NCBI GenBank assembly: GCA_964447275.1
Contig: CAYURI010000002.1
Location: 17,197 to 81,196, forward strand
DNA length: 64,000 bases
From: an uncultured Muribaculaceae bacterium
GTDB taxonomy: Bacteria; Bacillota_I; Bacilli_A; RF39; UBA660
Reading direction: 5' to 3'
Shown in pieces: positions 39,709 to 49,884 of the stretch; position 1 is the stretch's first letter, and each line of letters opens with the position of its first letter. A program made the translations under genes and the position numbers. Under the pieces are notes generated by a model. It had not been told where the DNA came from. It made no database searches and saw only the letters and a list, made by a program, of their open reading frames with translations.

Positions 39709-40266
39709 TTGTTATATAAAGATATAAAAACTCCTGAAGAGTTATTAAAATTTATGGAAGAGAATATTACTTATGGTTTTATTACTAAAAATGGTAAAAA
39801 GTATACTGATCCATCTTCAAAAGTGTGGCAAAAAGATTGGTATAGTAAATGTATTGTTCAAACTGGTAAAGAAGTATTAAAAACTAAAATTGGTACTTGT
39901 TGGGACCAAGTTGAATTAGAAAGATTATGGTTTAAAGAACATAATTATTCATTTAAAACTATTTTTATGATATTTAGTTCTAATAAAATAAATAACCTTC
40001 CTACTCATACATTCTTAATATATAAAAAAGCTAATAAATATTATTGGTTTGAGCATGCTTTTTATATTAATAAAGGTATCCATCAATTTAATAGTTATAA
40101 AGAAGCTATTACATATGTTAAACATCAACAACTAGATTATGCTATTAATAATAACAAAATAGATAAATCTTATTATAGATTATTAAAAACTAATGAGTAT
40201 AATGAAATACCTAATAGTTTAACAGTAGGTGAATATTTAGATTGGGTAACTAAAAACAACCATTAA
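39709..40266 (+). CDS. Hypothetical protein (start uncertain; GTG 39700 or TTG 39709)
   Basis: ORF directly after the Erm-like gene. Contains a Cys (GTCWDQ) and a His (LPTHTF) that could form a catalytic dyad. No firm family. Confidence 0.35.
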   Translation: MLYKDIKTPEELLKFMEENITYGFITKNGKKYTDPSSKVWQKDWYSKCIVQTGKEVLKTKIGTCWDQVELERLWFKEHNYSFKTIFMIFSSNKINNLPTHTFLIYKKANKYYWFEHAFYINKGIHQFNSYKEAITYVKHQQLDYAINNNKIDKSYYRLLKTNEYNEIPNSLTVGEYLDWVTKNNH

Positions 40267-40267
40267 A

Positions 40268-40300
40268 AAAAGCAAGATTTTTATATTTCTTGCTTTTGTT
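40268..40300. terminator. Bidirectional terminator
   Basis: AAGCAAGA-tttttatatt-TCTTGCTT hairpin followed by a T-run, between convergent genes. Confidence 0.5.
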
Positions 40301-40311
40301 TGTTATATAGT

Positions 40312-41439
40312 TTAGTTATTAGGTGTAGGAGAAGGTGAATATGTTAATGTGGCTTCGTCATTATTATCTTCAGTTATAACAATTTTACCACTTTTTACAG
40401 CTTCTATATATGCATCCATAAGAGCAAGTATTTCATTATCAATTAAAGTTGCCATTTCATCTTTACTAATTATTTCTGCCAATTCATATAAATTATATTT
40501 TGAAGAGTTGTTGGCTTTGATGGTTACATCCTGCAAAAGAGTGGCTGCAGACCATAATGCATTAACTATTTCCTCTTTTATAAATAGTTTTATTATTGGG
40601 TACATATCTTTGAATGCTGTTATTTCTAATTTGTTATAATTTCCACCATTATTTATAAAAATCATTTCAGTGATAGTTAAAAGAATCGTGCTGTTTTTTC
40701 TTACTAAATCATTATCCTTTTTTTTAATTGAATTATTTATATCGTTAACTATGCTTTCAACCAAATTTAGGGTATCAATCCCCGGATAGTTTTCAAATCC
40801 ACCTGTTTCAAAAATTTTGTATGATTCTGGATTATTAAAATAAACATTATCCGGGGTGCTATTAAATATTTCATTTATTCCAAACCCTACGGTAACTGTA
40901 TACGAATTTATAAAGTTATGTATACAGAAAAGGCCTTCCTCCTTTGATACCACTTGATTTGATTCCCCAATATTATCAAAACAACCACACAAGTTTTTGA
41001 CAATATTTAGTGGTGGAAGACTGCTATACCTAAATGAGAGTTCGCTACTTTTATTGCCTTCCAATCTCTTGAAGTATTCTTGAGCTACAATTTCTAACCT
41101 TTTTTCTTCTTCTTCTGTTGGCAAAAATAAAAAATAATTATTTATAATAGGAGTTGCACTTACTTCTGGTGTTATTAAACTTGCGTCAACAGGTGTTACA
41201 TCTGCGGTAGGAGTAGGACTTGTTTCAACAGGATTGGCAATTGTTCCAGTTTCATTACTTACCACTTGAGTAACCTTTTTAGCATCAGCAGCTGGCGCTG
41301 AAGAAGCATCAACTTTTTTTGGAGTACAACCATAAGTTGTTAAAAACAAACTTGCGCTAAGGAAACAAAGGATTTTTTTAATAAGTAGTTTAAAACTTAT
41401 CTTTGAATCAAAAGGTTTTATACTTTCTACTTTTTTCAT
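40312..41439 (-). CDS. Lipoprotein with a Thr/Pro/Ala-rich linker and a C-terminal globular domain
   Basis: MKKVESIK... start after an AAGGGGGAA RBS. Lipobox LTTYGCTPK. Linker SAPAADAKK...TSPTPTADVTPVDAS. Confidence 0.5.
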   Translation of the reverse strand: MKKVESIKPFDSKISFKLLIKKILCFLSASLFLTTYGCTPKKVDASSAPAADAKKVTQVVSNETGTIANPVETSPTPTADVTPVDASLITPEVSATPIINNYFLFLPTEEEEKRLEIVAQEYFKRLEGNKSSELSFRYSSLPPLNIVKNLCGCFDNIGESNQVVSKEEGLFCIHNFINSYTVTVGFGINEIFNSTPDNVYFNNPESYKIFETGGFENYPGIDTLNLVESIVNDINNSIKKKDNDLVRKNSTILLTITEMIFINNGGNYNKLEITAFKDMYPIIKLFIKEEIVNALWSAATLLQDVTIKANNSSKYNLYELAEIISKDEMATLIDNEILALMDAYIEAVKSGKIVITEDNNDEATLTYSPSPTPNN

Positions 41440-41544
41440 TTCATAATTCCCCCTTAGAATTAACTGCGTAAATATTAACACGAAAATAGTAAAATGTCAA
41501 CATTTGACACTCTAAATACGATTTTTTGTCAAAGCAATTTTTGT

Positions 41545-41572
41545 TTGAAAAATCATATTATCGTGATATACT
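41545..41572 (+). promoter_or_regulatory. Promoter with TTGAAA -35 and extended -10 TGATATACT, at the head of the long co-directional cluster
   Basis: TTGAAA at 41545-41550, 16-nt spacer, TG at 41564-65, TATACT at 41567-72. An AAAGGTTGG RBS and the ATG at 41598 follow. Confidence 0.4.
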
Positions 41573-41597
41573 TTTTATAGTAAAGGTTGGTAGTTAT

Positions 41598-42281
41598 ATG
41601 AAATACAGATTTTTTATTATACCGATTTTAGTTTTTGTGTTACTTTTTGCTTGCCCAAAAGTATATGCTACTGATGATTGCAACTATGCTGAGCAGAATA
41701 GACTTAATGCTTTAGCAAGCAATGTTAAAGCAAGTTATAGCGTTTCTGAAGAACCAGAAGTCTATTTTACAATTAATATTAATAATTTAACTGGTGAAAT
41801 CTATGCTATGGTAAAAAGCAGTGAACAATCAGAATATACCGAGTATAAATATAGTGAAGAAAATGCTGGAAGTATATCTTTCACTTCTAGTGAGATATAT
41901 AAAAAGGTTGATTTTTCCATATTAATATATGCTTATAATCCTTATTGTGATCGTAATGAATTAAGAACCATAACAGTTACGACACCAAGATATAATCCGT
42001 ATTATAATTATAGTATTTGCTCTGATGTAAGAGATTTTTATTTATGCCAAAAATGGAACGATTTTGAATTATCTTATGATGAATTAGTGAATCGTGTTAA
42101 TGATTATAAAGAATCTTTAAAAGATGATGATGTTAAAGAAGAAGAAACAAAAGATTCACTTGTTAAACAAGTGATCGATTTTGTTTCCAAACATTATATT
42201 TATTTTGTTAGTGGGGCTGGAGTTATTGTAGTAACTTTAAGTGTAGTATTAATAATTAAAAGAAAAAGGAGAGTCTTGTAG
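41598..42281 (+). CDS. Secreted protein with a C-terminal TM anchor; first gene of the pilus/T4SS-like cluster
   Basis: Signal peptide MKYRFFIIPILVFVLLFACPKVYA. C-terminal hydrophobic anchor VSGAGVIVVTLSVVLII followed by KRKRRVL. Confidence 0.5.
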   Translation: MKYRFFIIPILVFVLLFACPKVYATDDCNYAEQNRLNALASNVKASYSVSEEPEVYFTININNLTGEIYAMVKSSEQSEYTEYKYSEENAGSISFTSSEIYKKVDFSILIYAYNPYCDRNELRTITVTTPRYNPYYNYSICSDVRDFYLCQKWNDFELSYDELVNRVNDYKESLKDDDVKEEETKDSLVKQVIDFVSKHYIYFVSGAGVIVVTLSVVLIIKRKRRVL

Positions 42282-45200
42282 TGAAAAATAAAATTCCAAA
42301 ATTATTAATCTTTGGGTTTTTATCATTTATTGCTTTTGCAATAAATGCTTTTGCTGCTATAACAATATCGCCAACTGGTCAAAGTTATACTGTTAGCAGT
42401 GATTTTGGTGATAAAACTTTAACAAGAACAATTAAAACTTTTAAAACAATTGACAATGACTCGGCTTTCCATGTTTTACCAGATAAATTAATGCCAGGTG
42501 ATGCTGGAGCAGCTAGTTTATATGATTGCGAAAATGGTGGCTATGCTTCATCATCAGAAATTGCGATTATTCAAAGTGGTAAGAAAAATGGCTATAATGA
42601 TATGGAAATTCAAATCGCTTTATATTGCCAAGCGACAACTGGTACATCAGCTAAATCAGATGATGAGTTTTATCAAACGATTTGTTCAAGATATGTAGCT
42701 GGTGAAGATGTTATAGGCAATGGCTTAATGCAAATAAATGATCCTTCAGGATATTTTTTAAGAGGATTACAATTATATAAAAGTGGGGCTTCTACTACGT
42801 ATTATGAAGCAACGACTGGATTTACTGGAATAACTCTTGAATTTGATTGCTCTTCAGGCAAATGTTATTATCCAAATCAAACTGACAAAGTATTGTTAAG
42901 TAGTATTGAGGGATTGAATATTCCTAGTAATGCCAAAATATTATCTGTTACTGAAGAAGGAGCGGATAGTATTGATGTTAGTTATGGTTCAAGAACTGTT
43001 GGCACAGTTTCTTTTAGTGTTGTCGCAACACCAAATAAAAGTATTTGCCCAACTTGTGCTTATGTACAAATAATTGTTGAATATGAATCATCTGATGTTT
43101 TATCTCAACCAGCTTTATGCGCTCCAACGGCAGCAGCTGGTTCTGGAGTTAACATAACTAATAGTAGTAATATGCTCGTTTATAAAACCACGGGTAGTAT
43201 TAAAAAAATATTTACAATTTATTCTGGTAGTGGAAATACGGAAAACAACACAGATACATACAATTCTGTTTTTTATCCACATAGTGTTATTGTTGACTAT
43301 GAAAATAATGATGTTGTTTTAGCAAACTCTATAACAACTATTCCTAATGCTAAAACAACCTGTGGTATTAACACTATTGCTCCAGGAGGATCATTAAAAG
43401 CAACTAGTAATAATGCCATATCTGATGATGAAGAAGATCCATTTAAAGATATATCAACTGATTATTCTAAAATAACAACTGGAACTGCTTGTGATGGCTC
43501 ATCATACAAAGTTTCATCTGATGAAGTAAGTGGTAATGTTGATACCATAATAAATAATCAATATTGTAATATATATTGTAAAGAAGATATAAAAATTGTT
43601 GTGCCTTCTAAAGCAAGAGCAGCTAGTAATGATACTGAAAAAATATTTTCAGGCAGATATTTTACCTTACCAGACCTAAAAGTAGAAGGCAGAAAAACTT
43701 GCGTAGCTGATATTGATATTGAACAATTTTTCTATGATGTTTATGGCAATAAAATAAATATTGGTGATGTATTGTCAGGAAAAACAAGTACAAGAGATCT
43801 ATTAAATAGTGGCGGTGGCAGCAATTATAAGTATATGAATGCTACAAATTGGGGAACCGCCCTAGAGACTGCATATATCGGAATGATAAATAAAACCTAC
43901 ATTGACGAAATTCCATGCAGAAGATATTTTGGGTTTTCTTGTTCTGGTTATGGCGTACCTCTTTGTCCGGGCAAAAAAGTTGATGTTGGCGGTGGCAAAT
44001 GCTGTGATGTTAAAGTTATATTTAACGAAAAAATTTATTCTAATTGTACTTCGAAAATACCCAAATCATATGCCGACTCTATTACAGCTTTATATAGCGT
44101 GTTAATGTTTAAACATTATGAAATTGTGGTACCGACGGCTAAATACGATCCTGGGACTGGTGTAACAATTGAGGAGCAAGATGATAACGGAAACATTTCG
44201 TATACGGATATATATAATTCATTTAATGCAACAAATGCACAATTTGTAAGATATGGAATCCCAAAAACTGTAAACTCAACTAATACAAAAGTTGAATTTG
44301 TTGAGTTGCCTCCAACGGAATATAAAACTAATTCTGATAATAATGAAAAGACTTGTTACCCATTGGATGAGCCTTCACAACCAGATGGCGCAGTATCATG
44401 GGAATGTCTATGCCATACTCAATCGTTAGAAGAAGCAATGCTTGCTTGCGGTCTAAAAGCTACTGGTGATCAAGTTGGCTCGGCAGCAGCAGCGGTAAAG
44501 CATCATATAGCAGTTTACGATGCTATGCGTGATGCTAACTATGCGGCAACCAAGAAGTCTATCGAAGATATATTAGCTTGCTCAGAAGCTTATAAATATG
44601 TTGTATATAATATTAAAACACCAGAAGTAACATTTAATTATTGTGATGATTATAAAATTGATTATAAGTTTACTGGTGGATTAAATGAGAATGTTAAAGT
44701 AGAGTATTGTAAGAATGGTGCTACTTCAATTGATTTTGCTTGTATAGGTGAAGGCCAAACTCAAGAAGCGCCAATTGATGAAATTGATTTTTCGAAATTT
44801 AATCGTCAAATTAGTTATTATGATTGTGGTGATAGCTATTGTAATAGTACAACTATTAAAACTATAACAATACCAATTAATAAATCAGTTAAATTTGAAT
44901 ATACCGCTTCATATCGTGCTAATACAGATACTACGTATTATTCAATTGTACCAAGCGGAGTAGTGAGAACTAAACCAACAAATACTAATTCAATTTTACT
45001 TGGTGAAGATGGTAAGGTATATCCATTATCAATTGGTCAAGTAGGTAATAAAGCTTGTAATTATTCATTTACCTTTAATACAATTGGTGAAACACATTAT
45101 GAAAATTGTTTTCCAGAATTAGAAAAACCAATGGTTTGTAGTTTTGTTTTATATAACGAAATAGTTAATCCAGGAAGTGATGATACAAGTAAAGGTTTAA

Positions 45201-45637
45201 TGTATTTTTATCGTACAATTGATTTGGATGATATTTTCCCAAATAGTAATAATGATTATAGTGGTAAGAACTTAGCGATATTTAGAGAAGTTGGTTCTAA
45301 TTGGAGTAGTGAAAAAGGGGTAGATACGCAAAAAGAAGTTGAAAAAACTGGCGAAGATGTTTATTTAGAAGAGAATTTAGAATATTCATATACTTTAACA
45401 CCAAGACAAATGGCGCGTATTAGAGCATATAATAACGCTCAAGAAAAACGTGGAGTAGGATATGCTGACTTTAATCTTACTTGTGACTCTAAAGGCCAAG
45501 GATGCCGTAGTAGTTTCTTAGATGGTGCTTTAATAGGCTGCGAGAATAAAAGATGTTTTACAGATAATTTAAATAGCAGTCCAGCAGGAAGAGATGCTAG
45601 CTTTAAAAATTATGCTAATAGCACATCTTGGAAGTAA
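42281..45637 (+). CDS. Giant (1118 aa) secreted Cys-rich protein; candidate pilus-associated adhesin or surface protein
   Basis: GTG start overlapping the upstream stop. Signal peptide KIPKLLIFGFLSFIAFAINAFA. Many Cys throughout and no TM anchor. Confidence 0.5.
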   Translation: MKNKIPKLLIFGFLSFIAFAINAFAAITISPTGQSYTVSSDFGDKTLTRTIKTFKTIDNDSAFHVLPDKLMPGDAGAASLYDCENGGYASSSEIAIIQSGKKNGYNDMEIQIALYCQATTGTSAKSDDEFYQTICSRYVAGEDVIGNGLMQINDPSGYFLRGLQLYKSGASTTYYEATTGFTGITLEFDCSSGKCYYPNQTDKVLLSSIEGLNIPSNAKILSVTEEGADSIDVSYGSRTVGTVSFSVVATPNKSICPTCAYVQIIVEYESSDVLSQPALCAPTAAAGSGVNITNSSNMLVYKTTGSIKKIFTIYSGSGNTENNTDTYNSVFYPHSVIVDYENNDVVLANSITTIPNAKTTCGINTIAPGGSLKATSNNAISDDEEDPFKDISTDYSKITTGTACDGSSYKVSSDEVSGNVDTIINNQYCNIYCKEDIKIVVPSKARAASNDTEKIFSGRYFTLPDLKVEGRKTCVADIDIEQFFYDVYGNKINIGDVLSGKTSTRDLLNSGGGSNYKYMNATNWGTALETAYIGMINKTYIDEIPCRRYFGFSCSGYGVPLCPGKKVDVGGGKCCDVKVIFNEKIYSNCTSKIPKSYADSITALYSVLMFKHYEIVVPTAKYDPGTGVTIEEQDDNGNISYTDIYNSFNATNAQFVRYGIPKTVNSTNTKVEFVELPPTEYKTNSDNNEKTCYPLDEPSQPDGAVSWECLCHTQSLEEAMLACGLKATGDQVGSAAAAVKHHIAVYDAMRDANYAATKKSIEDILACSEAYKYVVYNIKTPEVTFNYCDDYKIDYKFTGGLNENVKVEYCKNGATSIDFACIGEGQTQEAPIDEIDFSKFNRQISYYDCGDSYCNSTTIKTITIPINKSVKFEYTASYRANTDTTYYSIVPSGVVRTKPTNTNSILLGEDGKVYPLSIGQVGNKACNYSFTFNTIGETHYENCFPELEKPMVCSFVLYNEIVNPGSDDTSKGLMYFYRTIDLDDIFPNSNNDYSGKNLAIFREVGSNWSSEKGVDTQKEVEKTGEDVYLEENLEYSYTLTPRQMARIRAYNNAQEKRGVGYADFNLTCDSKGQGCRSSFLDGALIGCENKRCFTDNLNSSPAGRDASFKNYANSTSWK

Positions 45638-45653
45638 GGGGGGAAGATAAAAA

Positions 45654-46109
45654 ATGAAAGAAAGTTTATGGGGTTATTGGTTGATTGTTCTAGGAATATT
45701 TGTTATAATCATCATGATGCTAGTACAAGATTTTACAACCACGAATACTCAAGATTACTATCTTTTAAAAGAAGTAACAGAAGCATCAATGATTGATGCC
45801 GTAGATTATGCTTATTATAGACAACATGGTGAAGTGAAAATTAACAAAGAAAAGTTTGTTGAAAATTTCTTAAGAAGGTTTTCGGAAACAATGAATCTTA
45901 ATAAAACTTATCGAGTTGATTTTTACGGAATATATGAGTCACCACCTAAAGTAAGTGTGAAAATTACGACGACGAGTAATACCTTTACAATAGCTGGAGA
46001 TCAAACATCATTTGATATTGTAAATAAATTAGATGCGATATTAGAACTGAAAATTGGCACATCTAGTTATGAAGATAACTATAATATAAATAGTTATGTA
46101 GGAAGTTAA
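45654..46109 (+). CDS. Small N-terminally anchored membrane protein, possibly a pilin-like or minor subunit
   Basis: WGYWLIVLGIFVIIIMMLV hydrophobic N-terminus followed by a polar domain of about 120 aa. Sits between the giant protein and the CpaB-like gene. Confidence 0.35.
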   Translation: MKESLWGYWLIVLGIFVIIIMMLVQDFTTTNTQDYYLLKEVTEASMIDAVDYAYYRQHGEVKINKEKFVENFLRRFSETMNLNKTYRVDFYGIYESPPKVSVKITTTSNTFTIAGDQTSFDIVNKLDAILELKIGTSSYEDNYNINSYVGS

Positions 46110-46125
46110 AAAGGAGGAATAGAAA

Positions 46126-46989
46126 GTGAAATTAGAAAATATTTTAATGTCTTTTAAGAAGTTCTTTTCGAACAAAAACACTGTAACAATAATAGGAGTA
46201 TTGGTAGGTATATTAATATTATACCTAGGCTATAACTGGCGTGTTAAACAAGCGATAACACCGATCTCAGTACCTTATGCTAAGGTCGAAATATCATCTA
46301 GGACTTTAATTACTAGTGATATGATTGGTTATACGCAAGTACCAAAAAGCATGGCTAATGCTAGTAAGAATTTAGTTACTAATTCAGGACTTGTGGTAGG
46401 TAAATATGTTAGTTATGGATCAACAATTCCAGCTAATAGTTTGTTTTATAGCGAGGCTTTAATGTCTGCTGAAGAACAACCAGATTCAGCATTTGCTGAT
46501 ATACCTGATGGGTATACAATATATTCACTTGGCGTAAACACTCATACTACTTATGGTAATTCTATTTATCCAGGAAATTATATTGATTTATATTTAAAAG
46601 CAATTGATGATACAGGGAAAATTATTTATGCGAAATTAATTGAATCAATTGAAGTATTAGCTGTTAAAGATAGTAATGGTGAACATGTTTTCGAATCAAC
46701 TGTCGAAACACGTAGTCCAGCTGAACTTCTATTCGCGGTTCCTGATGATATGTATTTATTATTAATGAAAGCTGAGTATATAACTACTAATCAAGTAGAA
46801 GTTGTTCCAGTACCTAGAAATGCTGCTTATTCAGCTAATCCTGGTGAAACATTAGTTAAAAGCTCATATTTAAAAGAATTTATTTTAGCGAAAACAACTT
46901 ATGTACCAGAAGATGTTACAACTAATCCAACAACTGAAACTACTGATACAACAAATACACCAACTACGGAGACAACAACCACAAATTAA
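46126..46989 (+). CDS. Flp pilus assembly protein CpaB/RcpC-like (SAF domain)
   Basis: N-terminal TM TVTIIGVLVGILILYLGY. SAF-like VPYAKVEISSRTLITSDMIGYTQVPKSM...LVTNSGLVVGKYVSYGSTIPANSLF. Thr/Glu-rich C-terminal tail. Confidence 0.55.
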   Translation: MKLENILMSFKKFFSNKNTVTIIGVLVGILILYLGYNWRVKQAITPISVPYAKVEISSRTLITSDMIGYTQVPKSMANASKNLVTNSGLVVGKYVSYGSTIPANSLFYSEALMSAEEQPDSAFADIPDGYTIYSLGVNTHTTYGNSIYPGNYIDLYLKAIDDTGKIIYAKLIESIEVLAVKDSNGEHVFESTVETRSPAELLFAVPDDMYLLLMKAEYITTNQVEVVPVPRNAAYSANPGETLVKSSYLKEFILAKTTYVPEDVTTNPTTETTDTTNTPTTETTTTN

Positions 46990-47015
46990 TAAATAAAGAA
47001 TAAAGAGGTGTCAAA

Positions 47016-48134
47016 ATGAATGATGCAATTTTCTCGCAAATTGATTTTGGACCGGTTAAAGAGTTTTTAGATAATGATGATATAACTGATATTAGTTATA
47101 CTAATAATGGTCAAGTATGGTTAAAAACATTATCTAAAGGCGTATATAGTATTGATCGTCCAGAAATTAATAATGCTTTCATCGAAAAACTAGCCTTTCA
47201 ATGTTCTAATGTTATGGGTAAGACCTTTAATATGGCTCATCCAGTCTTAGATGCTGAAAGTGCTGAGCTTCGTATGAATTTCATCCATGAATCAATTTCT
47301 TCTAACGGGATTGCTTGTGTTATTCGTAAAACACCTGCTAAAATTAGATTAAACAAGGAGAAATTACTTGATGAAAAATATATTACTTTAGAATTACATG
47401 ATTTTTTAATTAAATGTGTAGAAGGTCATTGTAATATAATCGTCTCTGGTGAAACAGGTAGTGGTAAAACTGAGTTAGTTAAATACTTAGCTAGTTTTAC
47501 GAAAGAAAATGAAAAAGTTATCACCATTGAAGATACCCTAGAACTTCATTTAGATAGAATATTTCCCCATCGTGATATTGTTGCCATGAAAATTAATAAT
47601 ATTATGTCTTATAGTGATATTTTAGTGGCTTGTATGAGACAAAACCCAAGATGGATACTTTTATCCGAAGTTCGTAGTGCTGAAGCAGTAATGGCCGTAA
47701 GAAACTCTATTTCATCAGGTCATAATATCTTATCAACTATTCACTCTGATAAAGCCGAAAACATTCCAATGAGAATGTATTCTTTACTAGAAACCAACTT
47801 AGACATTGATCAATTCTTAAAGTCTATTCATCGTTATGTTCAACTTGGTGTTCATGTTAGAGGTTATATGAGTAAAGAACTTGGTAGATTTCAAAGAGAA
47901 ATTGTTGAAGTAGTTGAGTTTTATGTTGATGATGATAACAATGCTAAAAGCAATATGATATTTAGAAAGAGTCCTGATGGTAAAGTGGCTATTCAAAATC
48001 CAACTAAATATTTAATTGGCTATATGGAAGCCCAGGGAGTATCAATACCGGAAAACATCTTTTCTTCAGTAACTAAAACTGAAGAAGTAAAACCAAGTTT
48101 TATAATAAATAAAGAAGAAGTCGAAGTTTTATAA
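47016..48134 (+). CDS. Tad/Flp pilus secretion ATPase CpaF/TadA (VirB11/GspE superfamily)
   Basis: Walker A IIVSGETGSGKTELVKYL, Asp box ITIEDTLELHL, Walker B WILLSEVR, His box HNILSTIHS. 372 aa. Confidence 0.75.
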   Translation: MNDAIFSQIDFGPVKEFLDNDDITDISYTNNGQVWLKTLSKGVYSIDRPEINNAFIEKLAFQCSNVMGKTFNMAHPVLDAESAELRMNFIHESISSNGIACVIRKTPAKIRLNKEKLLDEKYITLELHDFLIKCVEGHCNIIVSGETGSGKTELVKYLASFTKENEKVITIEDTLELHLDRIFPHRDIVAMKINNIMSYSDILVACMRQNPRWILLSEVRSAEAVMAVRNSISSGHNILSTIHSDKAENIPMRMYSLLETNLDIDQFLKSIHRYVQLGVHVRGYMSKELGRFQREIVEVVEFYVDDDNNAKSNMIFRKSPDGKVAIQNPTKYLIGYMEAQGVSIPENIFSSVTKTEEVKPSFIINKEEVEVL

Positions 48135-48153
48135 AAAAGAAAGAGGTGCAGCT

Positions 48154-49047
48154 GTGGAACTAATATTATTAATGGTCATCGCGATATTTGTTATGTCTTA
48201 TCGTAAGAATAATGGCGAAAATGTTTACAAGTTTATTGTTAATCAAGTAAATACTGCTTATAACAAATATGCACCATATAGTTTTAAAGAAGTAAGAGAA
48301 AAAGTAAAAGCTTTAGGTCAAGAATACACAACTAAACAATATACGACTCAAGTAATATTATTTGGTGTTGTAGCTGGTGGTATTGCTTACTTATACTTCT
48401 TTAGTTTAATTTGGGCAATTATATATGCTATTATAGCTATTATGTTTATTCCTTATTTAGCTTATTTAAGATGCAAAAGAATCTATAGTGAGTTTATTTT
48501 TGAACAAATTCAAGTATATACAACAAACGTTATTATGGAATTTAATACGACGCAAAGTTTTGTAAAATCCTTAGAAGGTGTTAGAGATTCTGGAATATTA
48601 GAAAACCCAGTCTTAGAAGACTTAAAAATGATGATTGATCTATCTTACCAAAATGGTACAATTGATGAATCAATTGAATATATGAATAATAAATATCCAT
48701 TCTTTATGGTTAAAAATATGCATCAATTATTCTTACAAATTACGAAAGAAGGTTCTAAAGATTCAGGTGAATCTTTAGAAAATATGGCATTAGATATCGA
48801 TATGCTGGTTGAAGGGGTATATCGTGACAGAATGGATCGTCAAACCTTCCATAAAACTTTTGTTACTTATGGACTAGCTTTATATATGTTAGTTATGTTT
48901 ATGCAATTTTTATTAGGTAATGACAATTATTTGGAATTACTAGATTTATGGTATGTCCAAATTCTTCTTCATGCCATTATTATTTTAAATAGCTATTTCT
49001 TAATCGGTGGAGAGAAATACTATAATGAAGATGTGGGGGTAGAATAA
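48154..49047 (+). CDS. TadB-like inner-membrane platform protein (T2SS-F/GspF domain)
   Basis: GTG start after an AGAGGTG RBS. N-terminal TM, paired TMs, a cytoplasmic helical domain and C-terminal TMs. Position is right after the CpaF-like gene. Confidence 0.5.
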   Translation: MELILLMVIAIFVMSYRKNNGENVYKFIVNQVNTAYNKYAPYSFKEVREKVKALGQEYTTKQYTTQVILFGVVAGGIAYLYFFSLIWAIIYAIIAIMFIPYLAYLRCKRIYSEFIFEQIQVYTTNVIMEFNTTQSFVKSLEGVRDSGILENPVLEDLKMMIDLSYQNGTIDESIEYMNNKYPFFMVKNMHQLFLQITKEGSKDSGESLENMALDIDMLVEGVYRDRMDRQTFHKTFVTYGLALYMLVMFMQFLLGNDNYLELLDLWYVQILLHAIIILNSYFLIGGEKYYNEDVGVE

Positions 49048-49048
49048 T

Positions 49049-49837
49049 ATGTACTTTGAAATTTTATTAATTGGTGTCATTATTTATTTCTTACTAGATT
49101 TTAGTGGTCGATTAAGTACTAATCGTTTTATTGAAGATAATGAAACTTATTTTCGTAAATTAAAAGAAAATGATTATGATTTTTATTGCTATGCTAAATA
49201 TGGTAATGGGATTGATGTTGACAAATTGTTTTCAATTCGTTTAAGAAATGGCTTATTATCAATTATTGTTTTATTATTCTTATTCTTAACTAAGTTAAGC
49301 TATGTAAATGTCATATTTTCCCTATTAGTTGGGTTTGGAATCTTTAAATTAGATTATGTAAGCAAGCGTAATTATTATAAAAAGCATTTACATGATATTG
49401 ACCTTTTATTACCATATTATTTAAAAAGCTTAGAAATCTTAATTCAACATTATACTGTGCCAGTTGCGATGGGTAAATCAGTTGAAGATGCCCCAGCGAT
49501 ATTCAAAGATGGTTTAGTAAAGTTGGTTGAAAAGATTGATGCCGGAGATGCTTCGATTGAGCCATATATGGAATTTGCAAGAGAATACCCAGTAAGAGAC
49601 TCAATGCGTATGATGCGACTTTTATATCGTTTAAGCTTAGGTAGACAAGACAGAAAACAAGAACAATTATTAACATTTTCCAAAACAATATCTAACTTAC
49701 AACAAAAATCTCGCGAAACTAAATATAAAGAACGTTTAGAAAAAATGGAAAGCAAAACGATGTATATGTTAGTATCAACTGGAGCTGGCGTTATGTTATT
49801 ATTAGTTTTATCAATATTAATGATGTTTAATATGTAA
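49049..49837 (+). CDS. TadC-like inner-membrane platform protein
   Basis: Same architecture as the preceding gene, with 1-nt spacing. Confidence 0.5.
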   Translation: MYFEILLIGVIIYFLLDFSGRLSTNRFIEDNETYFRKLKENDYDFYCYAKYGNGIDVDKLFSIRLRNGLLSIIVLLFLFLTKLSYVNVIFSLLVGFGIFKLDYVSKRNYYKKHLHDIDLLLPYYLKSLEILIQHYTVPVAMGKSVEDAPAIFKDGLVKLVEKIDAGDASIEPYMEFAREYPVRDSMRMMRLLYRLSLGRQDRKQEQLLTFSKTISNLQQKSRETKYKERLEKMESKTMYMLVSTGAGVMLLLVLSILMMFNM

Positions 49838-49884
49838 AAAAGATGAATTATATATTATAATTATACTAAGGAGGAGTTTTATAA

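Noticed and set aside
47016-48134. Alternative reading of the CpaF-like ATPase as a VirB11 of the T4SS block
   Set aside because: It is flanked by TadB/TadC-type platform genes, a CpaB-like gene, TadE-like pseudopilins and a TadZ-like gene. Gram-positive T4SSs normally lack VirB11. This could only be settled by a phylogeny.
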